The notes beneath the pieces were generated by a model that worked only from the letters and a program-made list of their open reading frames with translations, was not told the origin of the DNA and made no database searches. A stretch of 64,000 nt of DNA from a virus: IMG/VR virus record IMGVR_UViG_3300028827_000129, positions 96,001 through 160,000 of that record. One strand, written 5' to 3'. Positions 7,897-19,300 of this stretch are shown here, piece by piece (position 1 is the first letter of the stretch; every line of letters begins with the position of its first letter). The translations under genes were made by a program, and so were the position numbers.

Positions 7897-9678
7897 ATGG
7901 CTGATTTTACAAATCTTCCAGGTTTAACAGTCACTAGGGCTGATGGCAACTTGAACCTTCCTGGTCAAGATATTCGCCCTCGTGTTCTTATTCTTGGTAC
8001 TGCTTCAAAAGGAACTTCTTTTGGACTTTATCGAGTCGACCGTTCCGATGAAGCTGAATACGTTTTTGGGTCTGGTGACCTAATTAAGGGAATGTATGAG
8101 GTGGGTGCTGCTGGAGCTAGAACAATTTATCTTATGAGATTAGGGCGGCCAGCTACATTAACTGGTTTTTTGAGTGCTAATACTTCAGCTAAGGTCACTA
8201 TTTTAAACGAAGATCAGACTTATGTCGATAATGTCACTATTAGCTGGGATGACACTAATGGATATCTTACTGTAACGCATACTAACCCAAATACTGGTGC
8301 TAGTGACGTTTTATACGATAATGGTTCTTCTGTTTATCAAACTGATAAAGTGGCAGTTGATGAAGGAGCTGGTTTTGCTGCTGGAGATAATGGTGGCTCT
8401 GATATTACAGCCACTGCGTTTCCAAGTGTTTCTGGTACATATACTCCTGTAGTTACTTCATCTAATGCTTCTAAGATGGCACTTTATGAAATGTTAGACG
8501 AGGCTTTTAAAGAATTAGAAGCTGCTGATATGGATATGATTGTACCAATGAATGTGCACTTAGATGACCCAAATATTGCCGAAGGCGCTACTGGTGTTTC
8601 TATGACAGATTATCCTGCAGCTGGTGGCTCTAATGATATTCTTGGTAAGGTTTACAAGCAAGAATATCAAGGCAAGACGTATTATTGGTGGGATACAGAT
8701 AACGATGGTTCAGCTGACATTTTCCCATCAGTTGGTTCAGCTTCTGCTACTACTGATATTGATGGCAATACCATCGCAGCTTCAGCATATGAGTCTGTTA
8801 ACTTCGCTCATCTATTAGCAAGTTATTGCTACAACTTGTCTAGAAATGAAAATGAGGCAAGGGGCTTTATTGCAGTTAAGCCACCGACTTCATATGCTAT
8901 TAAGGATTTAGTTGCATGGATCGGATCAGCTCCGACACGCGATAGCAATGGTAATGTGACGGCAAATGGGACAGGACTTCTTGGTAATAAATGGATGGTT
9001 GGCACTACTGACGTTGGAACCCCTGGCTTTTTTGCCACAGACAATGATATGCCTAGCGGGAGCCCAATCCTGGACTCGAATGATCAGAAGATTGATATTG
9101 GTCAGTATATTTCTGTTGTAGCTTCTCCTGTGACATTTTATAATTCTTCTGACAGTACTGGTCTTGGATATACTGGCACTGGTCATACTGCGTATGCAGG
9201 CCTTGCTGCAACGCTGGACAGTAAAGAAGCTCCTACATATAAAACTGTTCCTGGAGTATCGTTGCATTACGCGCTCCATAAAGACAAGTTGGATGCGTTA
9301 GTGGGTGCTGGTTATGTTACTTTTTCAACAAAGACAAATCGAGTCGCTGTCTTGGATGGCATCACCGCCGCATTGTCAACATCTGACTATAAGCGTTATT
9401 CTACTTTCGCTATTGCTTCTGATGTGATTACTGATATTCGCAGAGTATGTGAGCCGTTTATTGGTCGCGTACTTGCTTCTGTTGAGCGCGCGGCGATCAA
9501 TACCGCAGTTGAAGGCGTTCTAAATACGCGTCGTGAACAGAATTATATTTCTAACTATGAATATCAAGTTACTTCTACTGCGGCAGAATTGACTGCAGGA
9601 ATTGTTAATGTAGAGGTTATTATTGTTCCTGCTTTTGAGATTAAGAAGATTCAGCTTACAATTTCTATGAGTGTTTAA
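7897..9678 (+). CDS. Contractile tail sheath protein
   Basis: 593 aa. N-terminal NLPG...VLILGTASKG; C-terminal VLDGITAA..SDYKR...IRRVCEPFIG...VEVIIVPAFEIKKIQLTI. Confidence 0.9.
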   Translation: MADFTNLPGLTVTRADGNLNLPGQDIRPRVLILGTASKGTSFGLYRVDRSDEAEYVFGSGDLIKGMYEVGAAGARTIYLMRLGRPATLTGFLSANTSAKVTILNEDQTYVDNVTISWDDTNGYLTVTHTNPNTGASDVLYDNGSSVYQTDKVAVDEGAGFAAGDNGGSDITATAFPSVSGTYTPVVTSSNASKMALYEMLDEAFKELEAADMDMIVPMNVHLDDPNIAEGATGVSMTDYPAAGGSNDILGKVYKQEYQGKTYYWWDTDNDGSADIFPSVGSASATTDIDGNTIAASAYESVNFAHLLASYCYNLSRNENEARGFIAVKPPTSYAIKDLVAWIGSAPTRDSNGNVTANGTGLLGNKWMVGTTDVGTPGFFATDNDMPSGSPILDSNDQKIDIGQYISVVASPVTFYNSSDSTGLGYTGTGHTAYAGLAATLDSKEAPTYKTVPGVSLHYALHKDKLDALVGAGYVTFSTKTNRVAVLDGITAALSTSDYKRYSTFAIASDVITDIRRVCEPFIGRVLASVERAAINTAVEGVLNTRREQNYISNYEYQVTSTAAELTAGIVNVEVIIVPAFEIKKIQLTISMSV

Positions 9679-9688
9679 TTGGTGTATA

Positions 9689-9713
9689 TAACTAAAGCCT
9701 ATTGCTTTAGTTA
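9689..9713 (+). other. Hairpin between sheath and tube genes
   Basis: TAACTAAAGC-CTATT-GCTTTAGTTA, a 10-bp inverted repeat. Confidence 0.5.
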
Positions 9714-9733
9714 ATTTTAGGGAGGAAATTAAT

Positions 9734-10351
9734 ATGCCTAGCAATACTGGATATGAGCGGCAAACATATAATAGCTTTTCTGGTGTAGATATTAGAGCTT
9801 CTTTTGGTGACCAGATTATTGGAGAAATCCAGGCTATTAGCTATTCTGTAACAAGAGAAAAGGCTCCTATCTATACCATGGGCGATCCAAATCCACGCTC
9901 TTTTTCTCGTGGAAAGCGCGGTATCGCCGGTTCATTAATCTTTATCATGTTTGATACGAATGCTCTCCTTGATGCATTTAAGGACAAGGATAATTATCGT
10001 TTTTATGATTGGCCTAATTCTGTTAAGCCACCTCGTACAGAGGGGCAACTACTTGGTGGAACTAGTTTAACAAGTTCGCAGCTTGCATTAATTAATAATC
10101 AGAAGGCCTCGGACGCTACTGTTGCTAAAGAATTGACAAATCCTTATTTTACTGACCAAATTCCGCCTTTTGATATTACGTTGACTGGCGAGAATGAATA
10201 CGGCGCTGTTACTTCTATGAAAATTTGGGGCGTTGAGCTATTGAATGAGGGCTCTGGAGTAAGCGTTGATGATATGGTTATTGAGCAACAATATACCTTT
10301 GTTGCAAGAAATATTTCACAGTGGACTAAAGGAACAGCTAGAGTAGCTTAA
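9734..10351 (+). CDS. Major tail tube protein
   Basis: Follows the sheath with a GGGAGG RBS. SFSGVDI...IQAISYSVTREKAPIYTMG..PRSFSRGKRGIAGSLIF...IPPFDITL. A strong hairpin follows. Confidence 0.8.
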   Translation: MPSNTGYERQTYNSFSGVDIRASFGDQIIGEIQAISYSVTREKAPIYTMGDPNPRSFSRGKRGIAGSLIFIMFDTNALLDAFKDKDNYRFYDWPNSVKPPRTEGQLLGGTSLTSSQLALINNQKASDATVAKELTNPYFTDQIPPFDITLTGENEYGAVTSMKIWGVELLNEGSGVSVDDMVIEQQYTFVARNISQWTKGTARVA

Positions 10352-10356
10352 AGAGG

Positions 10357-10380
10357 GTGGCCCCGCGAAAGCGGGGCCAT
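10357..10380 (+). other. GC-rich GAAA-tetraloop hairpin after tail tube gene, no U tract
   Basis: GTGGCCCCGC-GAAA-GCGGGGCCAT. Confidence 0.75.
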
Positions 10381-10388
10381 AAAATAGT

Positions 10389-11135
10389 ATGTCAGGTAAA
10401 TTACCTTATTCTAACAATACTGAACCTTTATTATCTCAATTTGATCCCTATCGCGAACAATCTTCTGGTATCACAGAAGATAAGCACAAGCTTGATAAAA
10501 TAGACGATGTTATTATTTATGACAAGGCTTCATATTCAGGAGTCGACATTAAATGTTTGGTCATGGGACCTCCAGGTGCAGCTGAAGGAGCAGAAGAGGG
10601 ATGGATAAAAGTACTGGGGGAAGTACAGACTGTTTCTTATCAAATCCATAGAGAGAAGGTCCCAGTTAGAACATTAGGCAGAAGTGCGCCAAAAACGTAT
10701 ACGAAAGGTACTAAGACCGTTGCAGGGTCAATGATATTCACGCTATTTGATCGTCATGTTTTTAATTCAATGTTATTAGGATCTAAGCTTTATGGTTCTG
10801 CTAAGGATACAGCAAATCCTTATGTTACTGTAGACCAATTACCGAGATTTGATTTTGTATTATATTTTGCCAATGAACGTGGTAGTGAGTCGTTGCTTGC
10901 TATCTTAGATTTAGAAATTGTCAATGAGGGTGGTGTATTTAGTGTGAATGACATGATATCTGAAGCAACTATGAATTGGGTTGCGCAGCATATTATGCCA
11001 TTAAGGTCTTTAGATGAATATAAACGAGCAATTAATAGTAAGCAAGGGGCGGTTCAGAAGGGGAAGAGATTTTCAGACATAGTTAACCAATTAGGCTATA
11101 AAGAAGTTTTAGCCAGCAATAATCCATTTATTTAA
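10389..11135 (+). CDS. Tail tube paralog (tube initiator/baseplate-proximal tube protein)
   Basis: SYSGVDI, VQTVSYQIHREKVPVRTLG, VAGSMIF and LPRFDF align with 9734-10351. Confidence 0.7.
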   Translation: MSGKLPYSNNTEPLLSQFDPYREQSSGITEDKHKLDKIDDVIIYDKASYSGVDIKCLVMGPPGAAEGAEEGWIKVLGEVQTVSYQIHREKVPVRTLGRSAPKTYTKGTKTVAGSMIFTLFDRHVFNSMLLGSKLYGSAKDTANPYVTVDQLPRFDFVLYFANERGSESLLAILDLEIVNEGGVFSVNDMISEATMNWVAQHIMPLRSLDEYKRAINSKQGAVQKGKRFSDIVNQLGYKEVLASNNPFI

Positions 11136-11142
11136 TCAAATT

Positions 11143-11886
11143 ATGACAGACGTAGTTAAGAGAGATATACCTGCAGCTAGATGGGATAACGACTTTTTTA
11201 CTGGTGCCCAAGTAAATGTGTATTTTGGAGACGTTTGGGTAGACGACATTGTATCTCTAAGCTTTAGTTTAGAACAAACAAAGAGACCTATTTATGGTTA
11301 TGCTTCTCAATATTATGATGCTGTTGCTAAGGGTAAAATTTCAGTAAGAGGCAATTTTACAATTAATTTTAAAGAAAATGGATATTTATATGTTATACTA
11401 GATTATCTGAAGAATAATTTTTATACTAAAGAAGAAAAAGGTGGTTCTTCAGAAACTTTGCAAAAAGCATTTTTTATGGAAAAGGCAGAGTCTGGTCGAG
11501 GTGATGCAAAGGTAATTTCTAGGAATATAGAAAATATTCTTGAGAAAAAATCTTCAGGAGCCGAAGGATTTGATAGATTAACATATTTTTTAAATGCCGA
11601 TATGTCTAAATTTGAAGATTTAGCTGAAGCATATGAAGATAGTGTATGGTCAGATGAAGGGGTTTCTGTAAAGACTATTGGAGGCATCAATAAAAAATAC
11701 AAAAGACCAGATGAATTTGGCCCTTTTGATATTATTATTACTTACGGCGATATTAATGCCAGCAAGGAAGATCATACAGTAAAGAGGATTACAGGTGTTG
11801 AGTTATTGGGGGCGTCTCAAATAGTAAATTCGGACAGTGAGCCGATATATGAAGCATACCAATTTATAGCTCGCAATATTCTTTAG
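11143..11886 (+). CDS. Second tail tube paralog
   Basis: FFTGAQV, LSFSLEQTKRPIYGY, VRGNFTI, FGPFDIIITY and YQFIARN. Confidence 0.68.
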   Translation: MTDVVKRDIPAARWDNDFFTGAQVNVYFGDVWVDDIVSLSFSLEQTKRPIYGYASQYYDAVAKGKISVRGNFTINFKENGYLYVILDYLKNNFYTKEEKGGSSETLQKAFFMEKAESGRGDAKVISRNIENILEKKSSGAEGFDRLTYFLNADMSKFEDLAEAYEDSVWSDEGVSVKTIGGINKKYKRPDEFGPFDIIITYGDINASKEDHTVKRITGVELLGASQIVNSDSEPIYEAYQFIARNIL

Positions 11887-11895
11887 GAGGTTTTT

Positions 11896-12318
11896 ATGTC
11901 TAAAGCAGAAAAAGATTTAGATGTCCAGGCTGAAGAGCAGGTAGAAGGTAGTAAAGAGGCAGTAGATCCTATTATGGCTGCATTTGAGAAGATGGAGAAT
12001 GGTCCATCTAAAGAGCAAATAGAGCTATGGAAAAATGAACATAATGGGGAGGTTTATATCTCCGCTTTTGATGAAGATGAAATTTATGTTTGGAGACCAT
12101 TGTACCGTCTTGAGTATAAGAATATTATCAAGATGGTTAAGGACCCAATTATGGCAGACGAGAAGATGCTAGAGAAGTGTTTACTTTTTCCTAGAGTCAC
12201 TCCAGAGTTTTTATCTATGACTAAAGCAGGTACTATTGAAACTATGGCTGCACAAATTAGGGAAGTTTCTAATTTTGTTAATCCAGAAACTGCCATTGGG
12301 CTTGTACGTAAGCTTTAA
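11896..12318 (+). CDS. Putative tail assembly chaperone
   Basis: Acidic 140-aa protein (IELWKNEHNGEVY...YVWRPLYRLEYK) between the tube and tape-measure region. Confidence 0.6.
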   Translation: MSKAEKDLDVQAEEQVEGSKEAVDPIMAAFEKMENGPSKEQIELWKNEHNGEVYISAFDEDEIYVWRPLYRLEYKNIIKMVKDPIMADEKMLEKCLLFPRVTPEFLSMTKAGTIETMAAQIREVSNFVNPETAIGLVRKL

Positions 12319-12328
12319 AATGTAAAGG

Positions 12329-12838
12329 ATGCGTTTATTTGAAGAAAGGTATGGTATAGAATTCCAGGACGGGGAGTTTATAGTTTTTAAACTCCTCTCC
12401 TGGGGTCAATATAGGCGCTACAGAGAAATTTATTTTTCTAATCCTGATGCTCTTCCTGAAATAGAGGAAGAGATTTTTGATTTATGCGTATATAACGCTC
12501 ATTTATATGATAAAAACTATCTAAAAGCTGGGACTGTCTCTACTGTCGCATATGCAATACTTAAATTATCAGGCCCAAATAGTTTAAAAGACGTAGAAGA
12601 ATCTTTAACAATAGCTAGAAATAATATTAGTGATGTTGGGTATCAATTGGCTGGATTTGTTTGCAAGGCATTTCCTGCATATAAATTAAGCGATATTGAC
12701 GACTTAACGTGGCATGAATTTATGAATCTCGTTGCATTATCGGAGCAGATATTAGGTAAGGACATAGATTTTAATCAAAACCAATCTATGCAGAACCAAC
12801 ATCAATACAACTATGTAAATAAGAAATTTCATAGGTAG
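12329..12838 (+). CDS. Second putative tail assembly chaperone
   Basis: Similar to the upstream gene (IVFKLLSWGQYR vs YVWRPLYRLEYK; KAGTVST vs KAGTIET). Confidence 0.55.
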   Translation: MRLFEERYGIEFQDGEFIVFKLLSWGQYRRYREIYFSNPDALPEIEEEIFDLCVYNAHLYDKNYLKAGTVSTVAYAILKLSGPNSLKDVEESLTIARNNISDVGYQLAGFVCKAFPAYKLSDIDDLTWHEFMNLVALSEQILGKDIDFNQNQSMQNQHQYNYVNKKFHR

Positions 12839-12849
12839 GATTTTTTGTT

Positions 12850-15800
12850 ATGCCTCAACCTACTCCTTTAATCCCTGTTGATCCTGAAGAAAGAAAAAAG
12901 AAAGGGATGCCGTGGGGGGCTGCTACTACAGCAGCCCTTATTGCTGGGCATGATCTAATAGAGATTCCTCTTATTAAGAGGTGGTTTTCTGCTAGATCTG
13001 GAATAAGGAGCTCAAGATTAACTTATCTTAATTTAGGTCTTTTTATAGCCCCCAATCAGCGTCCTGCTGGTATACAAAGTTTTAGAGATTTAACTGGCCG
13101 TTCAGAAGCTCTCGTTAAAGATGTTATTTATGAGGGCATAAGGCGACTAGAAGAGACTCCTACTAGAATTTTCCGCACTTTTGAATTATCTTCTTTATTT
13201 TCGACCATTGTATTTAGGGACACTAGCGGTGCAGTTGCTAGGTTTTCTGGAGAAGAAGCCTTAAAGTTACGTAAATATGTTACTCGTTTAGCCGGCAGAG
13301 ATATTGGAGTAGAAGAAATAGCTGGCGGCATGAGAGTTATTAAAGGCTCTTTATACGGAGTCAATGTCAATGGAGAAATAGGCAAAGAGCCACTCGTCAA
13401 ATTTGTAACATTCATGCAGCGCAAATGGACTCCGTATCATGAGAAAATTAAAGGAGCCAGGCAAGAAAGACTTTCTCATTACAGCAAATTAGCCAAAGAA
13501 TACGAGGCTATGATTGCTGGAGAGGACTTTGGCAGAATAGCTGCACACAGGGGCGAAAGCGACTTTTTACTTTTGGTAGGTGGACGTAATCGCTCTGAAA
13601 GTTCTATGCGCACAATCAATGCCTTTTTGAGAGTGCAAAGTAAGAAATTTTTTCATTTGCTTGACGATCCTTTTGAAGCTTTACAAGAGATTACAGGCGT
13701 TGTTAGCAAAAGGTTAGGTCGCGGTTCTCGTCTTTGGGAAAAAATAGGCATTAGGGGTAAATTAGGTCTAGCAGGTGATTATTCTGGGTCTCTAGCTGAA
13801 ATGTGGGCCAGATGGCTTTTGCCTGGCAAAGGTAAAATGGGATGGAGGCTTGGTGCAATTGGAAGCTTTGTAGCGCTGCCTTTTATTTATAAAATAGCAG
13901 AAGCGCATTTAAAGGTCCCTAACACCATTCTGGAGGAAGGCCCGACAGCAGCATTGGCCACCTTATATGCTAAGGGGGATATTTTAAGAGGTCAAGTTAG
14001 TGAAGCTTTAGGAATACAAAGCTTCATTGAAAAACAAGAAGAATTAGCGCCGGGATCTACAAAGGGCATAATGTCTTACTTAGCATTCCCTGCCTCGTTC
14101 GCTATGACGGGCGCTGTGGCCTCCGGAGCCCTTACCATGACCCATCGGTTAAGTAAGGGTATGTTAGGGGCTAGAGAGGAGGCTCAGGCCCTCAGAAGGC
14201 TTTCTGGGCCGCTAGGTAAGCTTATAAAGAAGAGTTTGCCGAGAGCTCATCGTTGGGCATATTACGGAGCTGCTATTGGAGCTATTGCTGCTGCTCCATT
14301 TGCTTTGGGTGCTGCCTTAGCGACAGTATTTGGACGCAAGCCAGTGCAGCAGCGAAAAGAAGAATATGCAGGAATTAGAGAAATACCAATCCGTAAAGGC
14401 AGATGGTGGGAAGCTGGAAGAACTCCTTATGAAGGCGGGCGCATTCTTACATATGCACCGCACTTTGTCGTAAGGGCCAGAACTCACGCTAAAGAGAAGG
14501 CATTGTATGGAGAGTACTGGGATAAACCGATTACTCGACTATTTAAATCTATAGTTGATCCTTATTGGCTTGAGCGTATGCATAATGAAGATAGACCATA
14601 TCCAATATGGGGGCCATCTGATCCAGGGTTAGGATTTTTGGGTACAATATGGCAGCATACATTAGGGGCTCTATTCAAGCCGCCAGTTTATGTAAATCAG
14701 GACAAGTATATTACTGAATCAGGAGAATATATCGATAGAGACACTAATTTAAAATATGAACCATCCTATCGTTTAGGTGGAGAATTACCAGATATGCCTG
14801 AGCCTAAGACTGGCTGGAAATATGCACTCTCAGAGATAAAGAGAAGGCTAGCTGATACATTTGGATTGACTGGTTTTGCCTTAGAGTCTGTAGAAGAGAA
14901 AATGACTGGCAGCACAGACCTATTTGAAGATAAAAGGTTTTTAGCTTCTTCTGCAGAACTAGATTCAACAGCTGCAGATTTCTGGGGATTGCACCTTGGC
15001 GGAGGTCTTACAACAACTGAAGCATTACGTAGGATCTATTTTAAAGAACGTCCTAATATAGAAGTTGTTAATCCTGCTGAAAACAATATGCCATCATGGC
15101 TGCCAGGTGACGATTATATGGTTAATTTCCATACTGGAAATCCTTATACAAAAATCCCTATGGGTGAATATGTTTTGCCAGGACCAGCATATGAGGAACT
15201 TCACCCAGAGTTAAAAGGTGTCCCTTATGAAGACTACCCGCTAATCCATAAATTGAATATTCTTAAGAATGTAGCTGTTTATAGTAAAGAATTTACTGAA
15301 TATGCAAAGACGGCTAAACGTATTATAGCTGAAGGGAAAGAGGACCAGGCATATATAGAGCAGCTTAATAGTATTTTGGAGCAAGCTGCTCAAATGAAAA
15401 AACTTGAAGTGCAAGAGATCCCTGATGATAATATTATATCTTCTTATTGGAGTCTTTTAAATGAATCTGCTGCTAACCCTACAGAATATTTAACTCCTAT
15501 TGCCCCTATTCATAAATTTGTCCATACAATGGGGCCTATAGATACATATAGAGATACGCAGATTCTTTCAAGTGAAGTTACTTTGTGGAATAAGCCTTAT
15601 GAGCATTTTATAAAGCCTGCTATTAGACATTTGTTTGGTGTAGCATATGATGATTATGTTCCTAAAGAAGTAAGAGAAAGGCAGAATTTATCTGATTATT
15701 TTGAAGCTTTAAAATATATCAAATATAAAAATCTTCTTAACATTGCTAAAGAACGTGGGCTGCCAAGTTACTTATATGAAAGAAGAGTAAAATCTAATTT

Positions 15801-16395
15801 ATTTGGCATTAGCTCTGCATCAAGAGAAGATGATTTATATTATGCATTACCAAGGATTGATAAAAAATTCTTTGAATTTTTTATCAATGCGGAAGGGGAA
15901 GAACGCGAGGAGATCAGTAATTTAGTTTCTCCCATGATAGCTAGGGCCTATAATATATTTTGGGCAAAGCATGATGGAAAATCTTCGTATATTCCGGCAT
16001 TTACAGCATCTGACGTAGAAGAATATTTGGAAGATAAACCGATTCCTGGACCTAATTGGATAGGCTGGGACAGTGATGTAGATTTAGAAGATATAAAACT
16101 AAAGCTTCTAGAAAGAAATTTTGAAGATTTTACGGAGTATGACATTTGGGGGGACCAGATTAGAGCATCTAAAAGGAAGCCTTATTTAGAAAGGGCTTTA
16201 GATGAGTTTAATGTCAAGAGGTCGAAAGCAGAAGTAAAGAAGCAAATAGAACAAATGTTATATGGCAATGGTTTAGAAAATGTAGAAGTTTTAGTCGATG
16301 ATTATACTGGGGAAAATGTTATATTTTTTGAAGGGAAGGATTCTCAAGAAAAGTACCTGAGATCGCAGATGAGAGATATGGGATTTTTTAGTTAA
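12850..16395 (+). CDS. Tape-measure-like / ejected membrane protein
   Basis: 1181 aa after the tail chaperones, with several Gly/Ala-rich hydrophobic segments (LGAIGSFVALPFIY; YLAFPASFAMTGAVASGAL; YGAAIGAIAAAPFALGAALATVF). Confidence 0.6.
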   Translation: MPQPTPLIPVDPEERKKKGMPWGAATTAALIAGHDLIEIPLIKRWFSARSGIRSSRLTYLNLGLFIAPNQRPAGIQSFRDLTGRSEALVKDVIYEGIRRLEETPTRIFRTFELSSLFSTIVFRDTSGAVARFSGEEALKLRKYVTRLAGRDIGVEEIAGGMRVIKGSLYGVNVNGEIGKEPLVKFVTFMQRKWTPYHEKIKGARQERLSHYSKLAKEYEAMIAGEDFGRIAAHRGESDFLLLVGGRNRSESSMRTINAFLRVQSKKFFHLLDDPFEALQEITGVVSKRLGRGSRLWEKIGIRGKLGLAGDYSGSLAEMWARWLLPGKGKMGWRLGAIGSFVALPFIYKIAEAHLKVPNTILEEGPTAALATLYAKGDILRGQVSEALGIQSFIEKQEELAPGSTKGIMSYLAFPASFAMTGAVASGALTMTHRLSKGMLGAREEAQALRRLSGPLGKLIKKSLPRAHRWAYYGAAIGAIAAAPFALGAALATVFGRKPVQQRKEEYAGIREIPIRKGRWWEAGRTPYEGGRILTYAPHFVVRARTHAKEKALYGEYWDKPITRLFKSIVDPYWLERMHNEDRPYPIWGPSDPGLGFLGTIWQHTLGALFKPPVYVNQDKYITESGEYIDRDTNLKYEPSYRLGGELPDMPEPKTGWKYALSEIKRRLADTFGLTGFALESVEEKMTGSTDLFEDKRFLASSAELDSTAADFWGLHLGGGLTTTEALRRIYFKERPNIEVVNPAENNMPSWLPGDDYMVNFHTGNPYTKIPMGEYVLPGPAYEELHPELKGVPYEDYPLIHKLNILKNVAVYSKEFTEYAKTAKRIIAEGKEDQAYIEQLNSILEQAAQMKKLEVQEIPDDNIISSYWSLLNESAANPTEYLTPIAPIHKFVHTMGPIDTYRDTQILSSEVTLWNKPYEHFIKPAIRHLFGVAYDDYVPKEVRERQNLSDYFEALKYIKYKNLLNIAKERGLPSYLYERRVKSNLFGISSASREDDLYYALPRIDKKFFEFFINAEGEEREEISNLVSPMIARAYNIFWAKHDGKSSYIPAFTASDVEEYLEDKPIPGPNWIGWDSDVDLEDIKLKLLERNFEDFTEYDIWGDQIRASKRKPYLERALDEFNVKRSKAEVKKQIEQMLYGNGLENVEVLVDDYTGENVIFFEGKDSQEKYLRSQMRDMGFFS

Positions 16396-16397
16396 TC

Positions 16398-19300
16398 ATG
16401 ACTGAAAATAATGACTCTGGGCTAAGAAGTAGAATTCGTAATACTGCTGTTTTAGGTGCTGCTGTTGGCGGCAGTTGGCTTAGCTTGCAGTATCTTGCCA
16501 CAAGAGGGGTACATCTTGGCAGAGCTTCAGTCGCTAGCAAAAGTGCAAAGAAAATTAAGACAGCTGTAGAAAGCTTTGATGCTAAAAAGGCCTCTGAAGA
16601 GATCTTAGCGCTTTTAGAGCACCCAGATTTGTTTGAGTATCAAAAAACTGCTGCTCATGCAGCAGCTATCAGCATGGCCAAAAAACGATCTGGTGTTGTG
16701 CGAGAGTTTTCTACATTATCTGACGCTATAGCTTATGGCGAAACTAATGTTTCATTCCAGAAAAACTTGTTAAGTGCTTCAAGAGAATTAGAGAAGACGT
16801 TATTTGAAGAAGTAAGACATAGGGAAAAGTATTTAAAATCTCCTTTACGTTTCGCTACTACAGATTATATTTCTAAGCCGTTAGTAAAGCAATCTTCTGG
16901 ATTTTATCTTTTTGCCGAAAGGCGCGGATCTTGGTTTAACGATATAACTAAAGCTATTTCAGATATACCAGGGCTTAAGAATAGACAGGATATTAGCGCT
17001 TTAGCGCAAAGTATGGCGGATGTTGCAGCTTCTATAGCTGGCACGAGTAATATTTCTGTAAAGTTTTATGCTGCTGATATGCTGCACGGTGGTCAGATAC
17101 AGAGAGAAATTATTGGTGTCGGGTTTCTCAGAAATAATACCAATGAAGCATATTTTCCTATTTTAACTGCTAGCAATAAATATGTTGTTGGTAGAAACCA
17201 AACAACTATATATGCTCCCAAGCGTGTAGTAGTAGACCCAGATATGTTTGTAGAAACTCTTGGGGCTAAAGGACATGTAGGTTTAGACGTGTACCACATG
17301 TCTAAGTTTGTCGAACAATATAAGACTAATACCAATATAAACAAGCTCGCGCGAAGCACTCAATTAGATGTAATGAGGCATGCTGTTTATTCTGATGATT
17401 ATGGTAGATTTAAGCCTTCTTTTACAAGAAATAGTGTACGTGACGTTATAAGGTCGTCAGGATTTGTTTTCCCGACAATTTCACAGACTGCCTTTATTCA
17501 AAAAGCTGAGGAGTTAATAGAGAGGGGGGTTGACATTGGCGGGATTCCTGGTCAGCATATTGCTAAAAATACGTTATTCTTAAATTTGAATAAATATTAT
17601 ATGTTTGGTGATACTGGCGATCGTGATAAGTTCATGCGAATGATAACGCGCGATGTATCTTTTGACCCAGGTCGAGCTCAGAGGCTAATGCAGCATGGAG
17701 TAGATATGAGACCTATTGTCATGTCTGCTGATTTAGCTAATTTGATGAAGCAAGAAAATGATTTTTTGCCTCGGTTTACTAGACTTGGGGTTTCTGAAGA
17801 TAGATTAAGGGAACTTTTAAAGAGACATGGGCTTGAAGACTTTATGCCCACTGAAGATGAGTTTATTGCTCCGCAAAGTATTAGAGGTCGCTATATTGCC
17901 GAATCTGCTGGTACATACACTCTTTCTTCTGATACGCCGATTAGAGAAGAGCTTATTAAGGTAGCGAAGGGAGAGCAGAGCGGCGATATCTTCTTGCATG
18001 AAGGTGCTTTTCTTGGGGTTTCTCCGGAGGGTCGGGCTGTCACAACTAAAACAGCTGGAGAAAAAATAGAGAGCGTTGTCATGAATGACGACGGGACTGT
18101 TAAGATAGTGACGCGTAGAAAAAATGTTGGTACAGATATAAAGTTTTATGGGATGAATACCAAGCTTACTGGAGGCCACCAGGGCTTTATATCTAACAAG
18201 AAGTTTCGCGCTTTAGTTAAAGATATTTTAAGGGAAGATGTCGGCATAGAAAGTGGCCATGTTATATCTAGATTAGCCAGAAACATAGAGGGTATTTCTA
18301 TAGGTGCCCCTAAATCATCGTATGGTCATGCCCAAGTTGAAATGCGTCTTGCTAATATACTGAGGATAATGGAGACGTCTGAATTGAGCAAAGAACAGTT
18401 TGAGCATGTTAGCAGACAGTTATATGCCCTTGGGATTAAGGCTTCAAGTGACAACTTAGTTTCTAAGTATGTTGTTGAGAATAGTAGGCTTAATACAGAC
18501 CAGATAGCGCAACGCCTAAATGCGATTGAATCGTCCTTAGAAGAATATACAGGCATTAAAATGGCTAAATTAAGTAATGTTCTTTTCCATGATATTGTCA
18601 CACGCGGCGAACATCTTGTTTTGCAGGGCGCTGGTAAGCGTGCTACTCTTAGTAGGCAGACTCAGGCTGTCTTAGACACTCTAGCAAGAGACGAAGAGCT
18701 GGGGCAATATTATGCTGCTATTAAAGAAGATGTAGCATCTAGGATGAACCTTAAACCTGAGAATTTGCGTGAGGTAGCAAAATCTTATTTAGCTGTGGAT
18801 CGCATAGATGCTACTCCTGTGACGAGCGCTTATGAAAAGTATAAAAAAATGTTTGGTGGCGATATTGATGAATTTTTAGACTATATTTATGATCAGGATA
18901 TAGATGTAAGGCGCGAAAATTTGGCGGCGTTAGGTATTAAGGATGAAATGATTGGCCTTGGCACTACGCTAAGGACAGAAACAGGTGTATCATTATCGGC
19001 CCTTAGAATTAGTACAGATCCATCAGGGTATACTGGAATGATGTCGATAAGTAGCGGCCGTCCGTTTCATAAGTCTCTCGATAAGGCTGGTAGATCTTTG
19101 TTGAGGGCTGTACTTGTCGAAGGTGTTGAGGGCGAAATGCCATTTGCTGTAGAAGAGGCATTAACTAATTATATTGATGAGCTAACGAATGTAGCTGGCA
19201 AGAATTTGTTAAAAAGTGCTTATTCAGGGAAAGTGTTTGGGTCTGCGTTACTGAAGGCAGCTGGCTATAGAGGAGGCCGTATAGAAGGGTTTAATCAGGA

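Noticed and set aside
12310-12331. Programmed frameshift fusing the two tail chaperones (CTT TAA resembles the prfB +1 site; TTTAAAA looks slippery)
   Set aside because: The second gene is in the +1 frame, but that frame reads TTT AAA ATG TAA with a stop at 12323 before the ORF, so a simple shift cannot fuse them.
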